From positions 100,938,001 through 101,002,000 of the forward strand of contig NW_024704742.1 of NCBI RefSeq assembly GCF_018977255.1: DNA of 64,000 nt, written 5' to 3'. Positions 63,655-64,000 of this stretch are shown one piece after another. This stretch comes from Callorhinchus milii. Taxonomy: Eukaryota. Numbering within the stretch: position 1 is the first letter of the stretch; every line of letters begins with the position of its first letter. The position numbers and the translations under genes were made by a program. Below the pieces are notes generated by a model. The model ran no database searches, had not been told where the DNA came from, and was given only the letters and a program-made list of their open reading frames with translations.

Positions 63655-64000
63655 AATAATCCTTGCATTTGATATAGCGCATTGTCACGCCTTCAAGATG
63701 CCTCAAAACATTTCACAAAATATGCTGTAAAGTGAATTGACTGCATATTTTGTGGGCAAAACATGGCAGCCAATTGCATACAGTGTTCTACAAACAGTTG
63801 TGGATTGAGTGGCCAAATCATTATTAATTATTTTTTTGAAGGGATTATTGCCCCTGGGAAAGTGATCCGCCAATCAACTAACAAATAGGTTCCTACTTAC
63901 TGATAGGTAAACAGGTGTGTGGAGTAAGGAATTTTGCCCAACATTTCGCCCTACTCCTGGAATTGAACTCAGGTCCTCCAGCTTGTGAGGTGAATGCTCT
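63655..64000 (-). mobile_element. tRNA-Ala SINE, long subtype, head cut by the window edge
   Basis: Reverse-complement tail, Deu-type body, central segment and B box GAGTTCAATTCC near 63958-63972. Confidence 0.9.

Overview
Repeat-dense, non-genic (intergenic or deep intronic) vertebrate DNA, most consistent with a cartilaginous fish. A holocephalan (chimaera/elephant shark) is my inference from the recalled SINE consensus, not from a search. I found no host exon, functional tRNA/rRNA or intact transposon ORF; the longer ORF-track hits are decayed L2 or CR1 ORF2 pieces or their antisense shadows. Contents: at least two L2 LINE subfamilies (APE endonuclease and RT remnants), many CR1 3' fragments, a young tRNA-Ala-like SINE with short and long subtypes and an L2-type 3' stem-loop, older Deu/SacSINE1-like SINEs, three LTR-like elements, and an unclassified ancient repeat with about 6 copies. 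Most notable: short Penelope-like (PLE) inserts carrying a minimal hammerhead ribozyme motif. Two of them sit in opposite orientations at exactly the same 16-bp site (TTCACTTTACAGTATA) of two different SINE copies, each with that 16-mer duplicated, suggesting a ribozyme-bearing element that preferentially targets a SINE. Boundaries of old repeats are approximate, read by eye.
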